Assembly: GCA_964016885.1 (NCBI GenBank) | Contig: OZ024740.1 | Span: forward strand, 389,732,001-389,796,000 | Length of the DNA: 64,000 bases | DNA from: Eledone cirrhosa | Lineage: Eukaryota | Reading direction: 5' to 3' | Shown: piece by piece, positions 43,991 through 57,890 of the stretch | Layout: each line of letters opens with the position of its first letter | Numbering within the stretch: position 1 is the first letter of the stretch | Program-made: the position numbers and the translations under genes | Notes under the pieces: model-generated | Seen by the model: only the letters and a program-made list of their open reading frames with translations | What the model was told of the DNA's origin: nothing | Databases searched by the model: none

Positions 43991-46900
43991 CAGTTAGAAC
44001 CTCTATTTATTCATGTTCTGTGGGAGTTAGAACCTCGATTTATTCATGTTCTGTCGGAGTTAGAAGCTCTGTTTATTCATGTTCTCTCGGAGTCAGAACC
44101 TCTGTTTATTCATGTTCTGTCGGAGTTAGAACCTCTGTTTATTCATGTTCTTTCGGAGTTAGAACCTCTGTTTATTCATATTCTGTCGGAGTCAGAACCT
44201 CTATTTATTCATGTTCTGTCGGAGTAAAAACCTCTATTTATTCATGTTCTGTCGGAGTTAGAACATCTATTTGTTCATGTTCTGTCGGAGTTAGAACCTC
44301 TGTTTTTTCTTGTTCTGTCGCAGTTAGAACCTCTATTTATTCATGTTCTGTCGGAGTTAGAACCTCTGTTTTTTCTTGTTCTGTCGCAGTTAGAACCTCT
44401 ATTTATTCACGTTCTGTCGGAGTTAGAACCTCTGTTTATTTATGTTCTTTCGAAGTTAGAACCTCTGTTTATTCATATTCTGTCGGTGTCAGAACCTCTA
44501 CTTATTTATGTTCTGTCGGAGTAAAAACCTCTATTTATTCATGTTCTGTCGGAGTTAGAGCATCTATTTATTCATGTTCTGTCGGAGTTAGAACCTCTAT
44601 TTATTCATGATCTTTCGGAGTGAGAACATCTATTTATTCATGTTCTGATGCAGTTAGAACCTCTATTATTTCATGTTCTTTCGGAGTTAGAACCTCTATT
44701 TATTCATGTTCTGTCGGAGTTAGAACCTCTGTTTTTTCTTGTTCTGTCGCAGTTAGAACCTCTATTTATTCATGTTCTGTCTGAGTTAGAACCTTTATTT
44801 ATTCATGTTCTGTCGGAGTCAGAAACTCTACTTATTCATGTTCTATCGCAGTTAGAACCTCTATTTATTCATGTTCTGTCGGAGATAGAACCTCTATTTA
44901 TTCATGTTTTGTCGGAGTCAGAACCTCTATTTATTCATGTTCTGTCGCAGTTAGATTCTCTTGTCGGAGTTAGAACCTCTATTTATTCATGTTCTGTCGG
45001 AGTTAGAACCTCTGCTTATTCATGTTCTGTCGGAGTTAGAACCTCTATTTATTCATGTTCTGTCGGAGTTAGAAACTCTATTTATTCATGTTCTGTCGCA
45101 GTTAGAACCTCTACTTATTCAATATCTGTCGCAGTTAGAACCTCTTGTCGGAGTCAGAACCTCTATTTATTCATGTTCTGTCGGAGTTAGAACCTCTATT
45201 TATTCATGTTCTGTCGGAATCAGAACCTCTATTTATTCATGTTCTGTCGGAGTCAGAACCTCTATTTATTCATGTTCTGTCGGAGTTAGAACCGCTGTTT
45301 ATTCATGTTCTGTCGCAGTTAGAACCTCTATTTATTCATGTTCTGTCGGAGTTAGAACCGCTGTTTATTCATGTTCTGTCGGAATCAGAACCTCTATTTA
45401 TTCATGTTCTGTCGGAATCAGAACCTCTATTTATTCATGTTCTGTAGGAGTTAGAACCTCTATTTATTCATGTTCTGTCGCAGTTAGAACCTCTATTTAT
45501 TCATGTCCTGTCGGAGTGCGAACCTCTATTTATTCATGTTCTCTCGGAGTTAGAACCTTATTTTTTCATGTTCTGTCGGAGTTAGAACCTCTATTTATTC
45601 ATGTTCTGTCTGAGTTAGAACCTCTGTTTATTCATGTTCTTTCGGAGTTAGAACCTCTCTTTATTCATGTTCTGTCGCAGTTAGAACCACTATTTATTCA
45701 CGTTCTGTCGGAGTTAGAACCTCTATTTATTCATGTTCTGTCGGAGTTAGAACATCTATTTATTCATGTTCTGTCGGAGTCAGAACCTCTATTTATTTAG
45801 GTTCTGTCGGAGTTAGAACCTCTATTTATTCATGTTCTGTCGGAGTCAGAACCTCTATTTATTTAGGTTCTGTCGGAGTTAGAACATCTATTTATTCATG
45901 TTCTGTCGCAGTTAGAACCTCTGTTTATTCATGTTCTGTCGGAGTTAGAACCTCTTGTCGGAGTCAGAACCTCTATTTATTCATGTTCTTTCGGAGTTAG
46001 AACCTCTATTTATTCATGTTCTGTCGCAGTTAGAACCTCTACTTATTCAATATCTGTCGCAGTTAGAACCTCTTGTCGGAGTCAGAACCTCTATTTATTC
46101 ATGTTCTGTCGGAGTTAGAACCTCTATTTATTCATGTTCTGTCGGAATCAGAACCTCTATTTATTCATGTTCTGTCGGAGTCAGAACCTCTATTTATTCA
46201 TGTTCTGTCGGAGTTAGAACCGCTGTTTATTCATGTTCTGTCGCAGTTAGAACCTCTATTTATTCATGTTCTGTCGGAGTTAGAACCGCTGTTTATTCAT
46301 GTTCTGTCGGAATCAGAACCTCTATTTATTCATGTTCTTTCGGAATCAGAACCTCTATTTATTCATGTTCTGTAGGAGTTAGAACCTCTATTTATTCATG
46401 TTCTGTCGCAGTTAGAACCTCTATTTATTCATGTTCTGTGGGAGTTAGAACCTCGATTTATTCATGTTCTGTCGGAGTTAGAACCTCTGTTTATTCATGT
46501 TCTCTCGGAGTCAGAACCTCTGTTTATTCATGTTCTGTCGGAGTTAGAACCTCTGTTTATTCATGTTCTTTCGGAGTTAGAACCTCTGTTTATTCATATT
46601 CTGTCGGAGTCAGAACCTCTATTTATTCATGTTCTGTCGGAGTAAAAACCTCTATTTATTCATGTTCTGTCGGAGTTAGAACATCTATTTGTTCATGTTC
46701 TGTCGGAGTTAGAACCTCTGTTTTTTCTTGTTCTGTCGCAGTTAGAACCTCTATTTATTCATGTTCTGTCGGAGTTAGAACCTCTGTTTTTTCTTGTTCT
46801 GTCGCAGTTAGAACCTCTTTTTATTCATGTTCTGTCGGAGTTGGAACCTCTATTTATTCACGTTCTGTCGGAGTTAGAACCTCTGTTTATTTATGTTCTT

Positions 46901-49495
46901 TCGAATTTAGAACCTCTGTTTATTCATATTCTGTCGGTGTCAGAACCTCTACTTATTTATGTTCTGTCGGAGTAAAAACCTCTATTTATTCATGTTCTGT
47001 CGGAGTTAGAGCATCTATTTATTCATGTTCTGTCGGAGTTAGAACCTCTATTTATTCATGATCTTTCGGAGTGAGAACATCTATTTATTCATGTTCTGAT
47101 GCAGTTAGAACCTCTATTATTTCATGTTCTTTCGGAGTTAGAACCTCTATTTATTCATGTTCTGTCGGAGTTAGAACCTCTGTTTTTTCTTGTTCTGTCG
47201 CAGTTAGAACCTCTATTTATTCATGTTCTGTCTGAGTTAGAACCTCTATTTATTCATGTTCTGTCGGAGTCAGAAACTCTACTTATTCATGTTCTATCGC
47301 AGTTAGAACCTCTATTTATTCATGTTCTGTCGGAGATAGAACCTCTATTTATTCATGTTTTGTCGGAGTCAGAACCTCTATTTATTCATGTTCTGTCGCA
47401 GTTAGATTCTCTTGTCGGAGTTAGAACCTCTATTTATTCATGTTCTGTCGGAGTTAGAACCTCTGCTTATTCATGTTCTGTCGGAGTTAGAACCTCTATT
47501 TATTCATGTTCTGTCGGAGTTAGAAACTCTATTTATTCATGTTCTGTCGCAGTTAGAACCTCTACTTATTCAATATCTGTCGCAGTTAGAACCTCTTGTC
47601 GGAGTCAGAACCTCTATTTATTCATGTTCTGTCGGAGTTAGAACCTCTATTTATTCATGTTCTGTCGGAATCAGAACCTCTATTTATTCATGTTCTGTCG
47701 GAGTCAGAACCTCTATTTATTCATGTTCTGTCGGAGTTAGAACCGCTGTTTATTCATGTTCTGTCGCAGTTAGAACCTCTATTTATTCATGTTCTGTCGG
47801 AGTTAGAACCGCTGTTTATTCATGTTCTGTCGGAATCAGAACCTCTATTTATTCATGTTCTGTCGGAATCAGAACCTCTATTTATTCATGTTCTGTAGGA
47901 GTTAGAACCTCTATTTATTCATGTTCTGTCGCAGTTAGAACCTCTATTTATTCATGTCCTGTCGGAGTGCGAACCTCTATTTATTCATGTTCTCTCGGAG
48001 TTAGAACCTTATTTTTTCATGTTCTGTCGGAGTTAGAACCTCTATTTATTCATGTTCTGTCTGAGTTAGAACCTCTGTTTATTCATGTTCTTTCGGAGTT
48101 AGAACCTCTCTTTATTCATGTTCTGTCGCAGTTAGAACCACTATTTATTCACGTTCTGTCGGAGTTAGAACCTCTATTTATTCATGTTCTGTCGGAGTTA
48201 GAACATCTATTTATTCATGTTCTGTCGGAGTCAGAACCTCTATTTATTTAGGTTCTGTCGGAGTTAGAACCTCTATTTATTCATGTTCTGTCGGAGTCAG
48301 AACCTCTATTTATTTAGGTTCTGTCGGAGTTAGAACATCTATTTATTCATGTTCTGTCGCAGTTAGAACCTCTGTTTATTCATGTTCTGTCGGAGTTAGA
48401 ACCTCTTGTCGGAGTCAGAACCTCTATTTATTCATGTTCTTTCGGAGTTAGAACCTCTATTTATTCATGTTCTGTCGCAGTTAGAACCTCTACTTATTCA
48501 ATATCTGTCGCAGTTAGAACCTCTTGTCGGAGTCAGAACCTCTATTTATTCATGTTCTGTCGGAGTTAGAACCTCTATTTATTCATGTTCTGTCGGAATC
48601 AGAACCTCTATTTATTCATGTTCTGTCGGAGTCAGAACCTCTATTTATTCATGTTCTGTCGGAGTTAGAACCGCTGTTTATTCATGTTCTGTCGCAGTTA
48701 GAACCTCTATTTATTCATGTTCTGTCGGAGTTAGAACCGCTGTTTATTCATGTTCTGTCGGAATCAGAACCTCTATTTATTCATGTTCTGTCGGAATCAG
48801 AACCTCTATTTATTCATGTTCTGTAGGAGTTAGAACCTCTATTTATTCATGTTCTGTCGCAGTTAGAACCTCTATTTATTCATGTTCTGTGGGAGTTAGA
48901 ACCTCGATTTATTCATGTTCTGTCGGAGTTAGAACCTCTGTTTATTCATGTTCTCTCGGAGTCAGAACCTCTGTTTATTCATGTTCTGTCGGAGTTAGAA
49001 CCTCTGTTTATTCATGTTCTTTCGGAGTTAGAACCTCTGTTTATTCATATTCTGTCGGAGTCAGAACCTCTATTTATTCATGTTCTGTCGGAGTAAAAAC
49101 CTCTATTTATTCATGTTCTGTCGGAGTTAGAACATCTATTTGTTCATGTTCTGTCGGAGTTAGAACCTCTGTTTTTTCTTGTTCTGTCGCAGTTAGAACC
49201 TCTATTTATTCATGTTCTGTCGGAGTTAGAACCTCTGTTTTTTCTTGTTCTGTCGCAGTTAGAACCTCTTTTTATTCATGTTCTGTCGGAGTTGGAACCT
49301 CTATTTATTCACGTTCTGTCGGAGTTAGAACCTCTGTTTATTTATGTTCTTTCGAAGTTAGAACCTCTGTTTATTCATATTCTGTCGGTGTCAGAACCTC
49401 TACTTATTTATGTTCTGTCGGAGTAAAAACCTCTATTTATTCATGTTCTGTCGGAGTTAGAGCATCTATTTATTCATGTTCTGTCGGAGTTAGAA
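42640..49495 (+). repeat. 2451-bp higher-order repeat, ~2.8 tandem copies
   Basis: ORF starts 42694/45145/47596, 43504/45955/48406, 44648/47099 and 44961/47412 are each 2451 apart. 2451 = 72x33 + 4x19 - 1. Confidence 0.92.
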
Positions 49496-52400
49496 CCTCT
49501 GCTTATTCATGTTCTGTCGGAGTGAGAACATCTATTTATTCATGTTCTGATGAAGTTAGAACCTCTATTTATTCATGTTCTTTCGGAGTGAGAACATCTA
49601 TTTATTCATGTTCTGATGAAGTTAGAACCTCTATTATTTCATGTTCTTTCGGAGTTAGAACCTCTATTTATTCATGTTCTGTCGGAGTTAGAACCTCTGT
49701 TTTTTCTTGTTCTGTCGCAGTTAGAACCTCTATTTATTCATGTTCTGTCGGAGTTAGAACCTCTATTTATTCATGTTCTGTCGGAGTCAGAACCTCTACT
49801 TATTCATGTTCTATCGCAGTTAGAACCTCTATTTATTCATGTTCTGTCGGAGATAGAACCTCTATTTATTCATGTTTTGTCGGAGTCAGAACCTCTATTT
49901 ATTCATGTTCTGTCGGAGTTAGAACCTCTGCTTATTCATGTTCTGTCGGAGTTAGAACCTCTATTTATTCATGTTCTGTCGGAGTTAGAAACTCTATTTA
50001 TTCATGTTCTGTCGCAGTTAGAATCTGTTGTCGGAGTTAGAACCTCTATTTATACATGTTCTGTCGCAGTTAGAACCTCTATTTATTCATGTTCTGTCAC
50101 AGTTAGAATCTCTATTTATTAACGTTCTGTCGGAGTTAGAACCTCTCTTTATTCATGTTCTGTCGGAGTTAGAACCTCTGTTTATTCATGTCCTGTCGGA
50201 GTTAGAACCTCTATTTATTCATGTTCTGTCGCAGTTAGAACCTCTGTTTATTCATGTTCTTTCGGAGTTAGAACCTCTCTTTATTCATGTTCTGTCGCAG
50301 TTAGAACCACTATTTATTCACGTTCTGTCGGAGTTAGAACCTCTATTTATTCATGTTCTGTCGGAGTTAGAACCTCTATTTATTCATGTTCTGTCGGAGT
50401 TAGAACATCTATTTATTCATGTTCTGTCGGAGTCAGAACCTCTATTTATTTAGGTTCTGTCGGAGTTAGAACCTCTATTTATTCATGTTCTGTCGGAGTC
50501 AGAACCTCTATTTATTTAGGTTCTGTCGGAGTTAGAACATCTATTTATTCATGTTCTGTCGCAGTTAGAACCTCTGTTTATTCATGTTCTGTCGGAGTTA
50601 GAACCTCTTGTCGGAGTCAGAACCTCTATTTATTCATGTTCTTTCGGAGTTAGAACCTCTATTTATTCATGTTCTGTCGGAGTTAGAACCTCTGCTTATT
50701 CATGTTCTGTCGGAGTTAGAACCTCTATTTATTCATGTTCTGTCGGAGTTAGAAACTCTATTTATTCATGTTCTGTCGCAGTTAGAATCTGTTGTCGGAG
50801 TTAGAACCTCTATTTATACATGTTCTGTCGCAGTTAGAACCTCTATTTATTCATGTTCTGTCACAGTTAGAATCTCTATTTATTAACGTTCTGTCGGAGT
50901 TAGAACCTCTCTTTATTCATGTTCTGTCGGAGTTAGAACCTCTGTTTATTCATGTCCTGTCGGAGTTAGAACCTCTATTTATTCATGTTCTGTCGCAGTT
51001 AGAACCTCTGTTTATTCATGTTCTTTCGGAGTTAGAACCTCTCTTTATTCATGTTCTGTCGCAGTTAGAACCACTATTTATTCACGTTCTGTCGGAGTTA
51101 GAACCTCTATTTATTCATGTTCTGTCGGAGTTAGAACCTCTATTTATTCATGTTCTGTCGGAGTTAGAACATCTATTTATTCATGTTCTGTCGGAGTCAG
51201 AACCTCTATTTATTTAGGTTCTGTCGGAGTTAGAACCTCTATTTATTCATGTTCTGTCGGAGTCAGAACCTCTATTTATTTAGGTTCTGTCGGAGTTAGA
51301 ACATCTATTTATTCATGTTCTGTCGCAGTTAGAACCTCTGTTTATTCATGTTCTGTCGGAGTTAGAACCTCTTGTCGGAGTCAGAACCTCTATTTATTCA
51401 TGTTCTTTCGGAGTTAGAACCTCTATTTATTCATGTTCTGTCGCAGTTAGAACCTCTACTTATTCAATATCTGTCGCAGTTAGAACCTCTTGTCGGAGTC
51501 AGAACCTCTATTTATTCATGTTCTGTCGGAGTTAGAACCTCTATTTATTCATGTTCTGTCGGAATCAGAACCTCTATTTATTCATGTTCTGTCGGAGTCA
51601 GAACCTCTATTTATTCATGTTCTGTCGGAGTTAGAACCGCTGTTTATTCATGTTCTGTCGCAGTTAGAACCTCTATTTATTCATGTTCTGTCGGAGTTAG
51701 AACCGTTGTTTATTCATGTTCTGTCGGAATCAGAACCTCTATTTATTCATGTTCTGTCGGAATCAGAACCTCTTTTTATTCATGTTCTGTCGCAGTTAGA
51801 AAGTCTATTTATTCATGTTCTGTGGGAGTTAGAACCTCGATTTATTCATGTTCTGTCGGAGTTAGAACCTCTATTTATTCATGTTCTGTCGAAGTGAGAA
51901 CCTCTATTTATTCATGTTCTGTCGCAGATAGAACCTCTATTTATTCATGTTCTGTCGGAGTCAGAACCTCTATTTATTCATGTTCTGTCGGAGTTGGACC
52001 CTCTATTTATTCATGTTCTGTCGGAGTCAGAACCTCTACTTATTCATGTTCTATCGGAGATAGAACCTCTATTTATTCATGTTCTTTCGGAGTTAAAACC
52101 TCTATTTATTCATGTTCTGTCGGAGTCAGAACCTCTATTTATTCATGTTCTGTCGGAGTTAGAACCTCTGTTTATTCATGTTCTTTCGGAGTTAGAACCT
52201 CTGTTTATTCATGTTCTTTCGGAGTTAGAACCTCTATTTATTCATGTTCTGTCGCAGTTAGAACCTATTGTCGGAGTCAGAACCTCTATTTATTCATGTT
52301 CTGTCGGAGTTAGAAGCTCTGTTTATTCATGTTCTTTAGGAGTTAGAACCTCGGTTTATTCATGTTATATCGGAGTTAGAACCTCTGTTTATTCATGTTC

Positions 52401-55400
52401 TGTCGGAGTTAGAACATCTATTTATTCATGTTCTGTCGGAGTCTGAACCTCTATTTATTTAGGTTCTGTCGGAGTTAGAACCTCTATTTATTCATGTTCT
52501 GTCGCAGTTAGAACCTCTGTTTATTCATGTTCTGTCGGAGTTAGAACCTCTTGTCGGAGTCAGAACCTCTATTTATTCATGTTCTTTCGGAGTTACAACC
52601 TCTATTTATTCATGTTCTGTCGCAGTTAGAACCTCTACTCATTCAATATCTGTCGCAGTTAGAACCTCTTGTCGGAGTCAGAACCTCTATTTATTCATGT
52701 TCTGTCGGAATCAGAACCTCTATTTATTCATGTTCTGTCGGAGTTAGAACCGCTGTTTATTCATGTTCTGTCGCAGTTAGAACCTCTATTTATTCATGTT
52801 CTGTCGGAGTTAGAACCGCTGTTTATTCATGTTCTGTCGGAATCAGAACCTCTATTTATTCATGTTCTGTCGGAATCAGAACCTCTATTTATTCATGTTC
52901 TGTAGGAGTTAGAACCTCTATTTATTCATGTTCTGTCGGAGTTAGAACCTCTGTTTATTCATGTTCTGTCGCAGTTAGAAACTCTATTTATTCATGTTCT
53001 GTGGGAGTTAGAACCTCGATTTATTCATGTTCTGTCGGAGTAAGAACCTCTATTTATTCATGTTCTCTCGGAGTTAGAACCTCTATTTATTCATGTTCTG
53101 TCGGAATTAGAACCTCTATTTATTCATGTTCTTTCGGAGTTAGAACATCTATTTATTCATGTTCTGATGCAGTTAGACCTCTATTTATTCATGTTCTGTG
53201 GGAGTTAGAACCTCTTGTCGGAGTCAGAACCTCTATTTATTCATGTTCTTTCGGAGTTAGAACCTCTATTTATTCATGTTCTGTCGCAATTAGAACCTCT
53301 ATTTATTCATGTTCTGTCGGAATCAGAACCTCTATTTATTCATGTTCTGTCGGAATCAGAACCTCTATTTATTCATGTTCTGTAGGAGTTAGAACCTCTA
53401 TTTATTCATGTTCTGTCGCAGTTAGAACCTCTATTTATTCATGTTCTGTGGGAGTTAGAACCTCGATTTATTCATGTTCTGTCGGAGTTAGAACCTCTGT
53501 TTATTCATGTTCTCTCGGAGTCAGAACCTCTGTTTATTCATGTTCTGTCGGAGTTAGAACCTCTGTTTATTCATGTTCTTTCGGAGTTAGAACCTCTGTT
53601 TATTCATGTTCTGTCGGAGTCAGAACCTCTATTTATTGATGTTCTGTCGGAATAAAAACCTCTATTTATTCATGTTCTGTCGGAGTTAGAACATCTATTT
53701 GTTCATGTTCTGTCGGAGTTAGAACCTCTGTTTTTTCTTGTTCTGTCGCAGTTAGAACCTCTATTTATTCATGTTCTGTCGGAGTTAGAACCTCTGTTTT
53801 TTCTTGTTCTGTCGCAGTTAGAACCTCTTTTTATTCATGTTCTGTCGGAGTTGGAACCTCTATTTAATCACGTTCTGTCGGAGTTAGAACCTCTGTTTAT
53901 TTATGTTCTTTCGAAGTTAGAACCTCTGTTTATTCATATTCTGTCGGTGTCAGAACCTCTACTTATTTATGTTCTGTCGGAGTAAAAACCTCTATTTATT
54001 CATGTTCTGTCGGAGTTAGAGCATCTATTTATTCATGTTCTGTCGGAGTTAGAACCTCTGCTTATTCATGTTCTGTCGGAGTGAGAACATCTATTTATTC
54101 ATGTTCTGATGAAGTTAGAACCTCTATTTATTCATGTTCTTTCGGAGTGAGAACATCTATTTATTCATGTTCTGATGAAGTTAGAACCTCTATTATTTCA
54201 TGTTCTTTCGGAGTTAGAACCTCTATTTATTCATGTTCTGTCGGAGTTAGAACCTCTGTTTTTTCTTGTTCTGTCGCAGTTAGAACCTCTATTTATTCAT
54301 GTTCTGTCGGAGTTAGAACCTCTATTTATTCATGTTCTGTCGGAGTCAGAACCTCTACTTATTCATGTTCCATCGCAGTTAGAACCTCTATTTATTCATG
54401 TTCTGTCGGAGATAGAACCTCTATTTATTCATGTTTTGTCGGAGTCAGAACCTCTATTTATTCATGTTCTGTCGGAGTTAGAACCTCTGCTTATTCATGT
54501 TCTGTCGGAGTTAGAACCTCTATTTATTCATGTTCTGTCGGAGTTAGAAACTCTATTTATTCATGTTCTGTCGCAGTTAGAATCTGTTGTCGGAGTTAGA
54601 ACCTCTATTTATACATGTTCTGTCGCAGTTAGAACCTCTATTTATTCATGTTCTGTCACAGTTAGAATCTCTATTTATTAACGTTCTGTCGGAGTTAGAA
54701 CCTCTCTTTATTCATGTTCTGTCGGAGTTAGAACCTCTGTTTATTCATGTCCTGTCGGAGTTAGAACCTCTATTTATTCATGTTCTGTCGCAGTTAGAAC
54801 CTCTGTTTATTCATGTTCTTTCGGAGTTAGAACCTCTCTTTATTCATGTTCTGTCGCAGTTAGAACCACTATTTATTCACGTTCTGTCGGAGTTAGAACC
54901 TCTATTTATTCATGTTCTGTCGGAGTTAGAACCTCTATTTATTCATGTTCTGTCGGAGTTAGAACATCTATTTATTCATGTTCTGTCGGAGTCAGAACCT
55001 CTATTTATTTAGGTTCTGTCGGAGTTAGAACCTCTATTTATTCATGTTCTGTCGGAGTCAGAACCTCTATTTATTTAGGTTCTGTCGGAGTTAGAACATC
55101 TATTTATTCATGTTCTGTCGCAGTTAGAACCTCTGTTTATTCATGTTCTGTCGGAGTTAGAATCTCTTGTCGGAGTCAGAACCTCTATTTATTCATGTTC
55201 TTTCGGAGTTAGAACCTCTATTTATTCATGTTCTGTCGGAGTTAGAACCTCTGCTTATTCATGTTCTGTCGGAGTTAGAACCTCTATTTATTCATGTTCT
55301 GTCGGAGTTAGAAACTCTATTTATTCATGTTCTGTCGCAGTTAGAATCTGTTGTCGGAGTTAGAACCTCTATTTATTCATGTTCTGTCACAGTTAGAATC

Positions 55401-57890
55401 TCTATTTATTAACGTTCTGTCGGAGTTAGAACCTCTCTTTATTCATGTTCTGTCGGAGTTAGAACCTCTGTTTATTCATGTCCTGTCGGAGTTAGAACCT
55501 CTATTTATTCATGTTCTGTCGCAGTTAGAACCTCTGTTTATTCATGTTCTTTCGGAGTTAGAACCTCTCTTTATTCATGTTCTGTCGCAGTTTGAACCAC
55601 TATTTATTCACGTTCTGTCGGAGTTAGAACCTCTATTTATTCATGTTCTGTCGGAGTTAGAACCTCTATTTATTCATGTTCTGTCGGAGTTAGAACATCT
55701 ATTTATTCATGTTCTGTCGGAGTCAGAACCTCTATTTATTTAGGTTCTGTCGGAGTTAGAACCTCTATTTATTCATGTTCTGTCGGAGTCAGAACCTCTA
55801 TTTATTTAGGTTCTGTCGGAGTTAGAACATCTATTTATTCATGTTCTGTCGCAGTTAGAACCTCTGTTTATTCATGTTCTGTCGGAGTTAGAACCTCTTG
55901 TCGGAGTCAGAACCTCTATTTATTCATGTTCTTTCGGAGTTAGAACCTCTATTTATTCATGTTCTGTCGCAGTTAGAACCTCTACTTATTCAATATCTGT
56001 CGCAGTTAGAACCTCTTGTCGGAGTCAGAACCTCTATTTATTCATGTTCTGTCGGAGTTAGAACCTCTATTTATTCATGTTCTGTCGGAATCAGAACCTC
56101 TATTTATTCATGTTCTGTCGGAGTCAGAACCTCTATTTATTCATGTTCTGTCGGAGTTAGAACCGCTGTTTATTCATGTTCTGTCGCAGTTAGAACCTCT
56201 ATTTATTCATGTTCTGTCGGAGTTAGAACCGTTGTTTATTCATGTTCTGTCGGAATCAGAACCTCTATTTATTCATGTTCTGTCGGAATCAGAACCTCTT
56301 TTTATTCATGTTCTGTAGGAGTTAGAACCTCTATTTATTCATGTTCTGTCGGAATTAGAACCTCTGATTATTCATGTTCTGTCGCAGTTAGAAAGTCTAT
56401 TTATTCATGTTCTGTGGGAGTTAGAACCTCGATTTATTCATGTTCTGTCGGAGTTAGAACCTCTATTTATTCATGTTCTGTCGAAGTGAGAACCTCTATT
56501 TATTCATGTTCTGTCGCAGATAGAACCTCTATTTATTCATGTTCTGTCGGAGTCAGAACCTCTATTTATTCATGTTCTGTCGGAGTTGGACCCTCTATTT
56601 ATTCATGTTCTGTCGGAGTCAGAACCTCTACTTATTCATGTTCTATCGGAGATAGAACCTCTATTTATTCATGTTCTTTCGGAGTTAAAACCTCTATTTA
56701 TTCATGTTCTGTCGGAGTCAGAACCTCTATTTATTCATGTTCTGTCGGAGTTACAACCTCTGTTTATTCATGTTCTTTCGGAGTTAGAACCTCTGTTTAT
56801 TCATGTTCTTTCGGAGTTAGAACCTCTATTTATTCATGTTCTGTCGCAGTTAGAACCTATTGTCGGATTCAGAACCTCTATTTATTCATGTTCTGTCGGA
56901 GTTAGAAGCCTTGTTTATTCATGTTCTTTAGGAGTTAGAACCTCGGTTTATTCATGTTATATCGGAGTTAGAACCTCTGTTTATTCATGTTCTGTCGGAG
57001 TTAGAACATCTATTTATTCATGTTCTGTCGGAGTCTGAACCTCTATTTATTTAGGTTCTGTCGGAGTTAGAACCTCTATTTATTCATGTTCTGTCGCAGT
57101 TAGAACCTCTGTTTATTCATGTTCTGTCGGAGTTAGAACCTCTTGTCGGAGTCAGAACCTCTATTTATTCATGTTCTTTCGGAGTTACAACCTCTATTTA
57201 TTCATGTTCTGTCGCAGTTAGAACCTCTACTCATTCAATATCTGTCGCAGTTAGAACCTCTTGTCGGAGTCAGAACCTCTATTTATTCATGTTCTGTCGG
57301 AATCAGAACCTCTATTTATTCATGTTCTGTCGGAGTTAGAACCGCTGTTTATTCATGTTCTGTCGCAGTTAGAACCTCTATTTATTCATGTTCTGTCGGA
57401 GTTAGAACCGCTGTTTATTCATGTTCTGTCGGAATCAGAACCTCTATTTATTCATGTTCTGTCGGAATCAGAACCTCTATTTATTCATGTTCTGTAGGAG
57501 TTAGAACCTCTATTTATTCATGTTCTGTCGGAGTTAGAACATCTGTTTATTCATGTTCTGTCGCAGTTAGAAACTCTATTTATTCATGTTCTGTGGGAGT
57601 TAGAACCTCGATTTATTCATGTTCTGTCGGAGTAAGAACCTCTATTTATTCATGTTCTCTCGGAGTTAGAACCTCTATTTATTCATGTTCTGTCGGAATT
57701 AGAACCTCTATTTATTCATGTTCTTTCGGAGTTAGAACATCTATTTATTCATGTTCTGATGCAGTTAGACCTCTATTTATTCATGTTCTGTGGGAGTTAG
57801 AACCTCTTGTCGGAGTCAGAACCTCTATTTATTCATGTTCTTTCGGAGTTAGAACCTCTATTTATTCATGTTCTGTCGCAATTAGAACCT
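48740..57890 (+). repeat. ~4.56-kb tandem higher-order duplication (2 copies) with whole-monomer indels
   Basis: Offsets of 4559 (49616/54175, 50028/54587, 50608/55167), then 4526 (51372/55898) and 4592 (51994/56586, 52551/57143). The offsets differ by multiples of 33. Confidence 0.92.
49880..51440 (+). repeat. Nested tandem duplication, period 764 bp (22x33 + 2x19); also present in the downstream 4.56-kb copy (~54440-55960)
   Basis: Identical ORFs at 50028/50792, starts at 50608/51372 and 54587/55351. Markers are gaatctgttgtcgg, tatacatg and attaacgttc. Confidence 0.9.
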
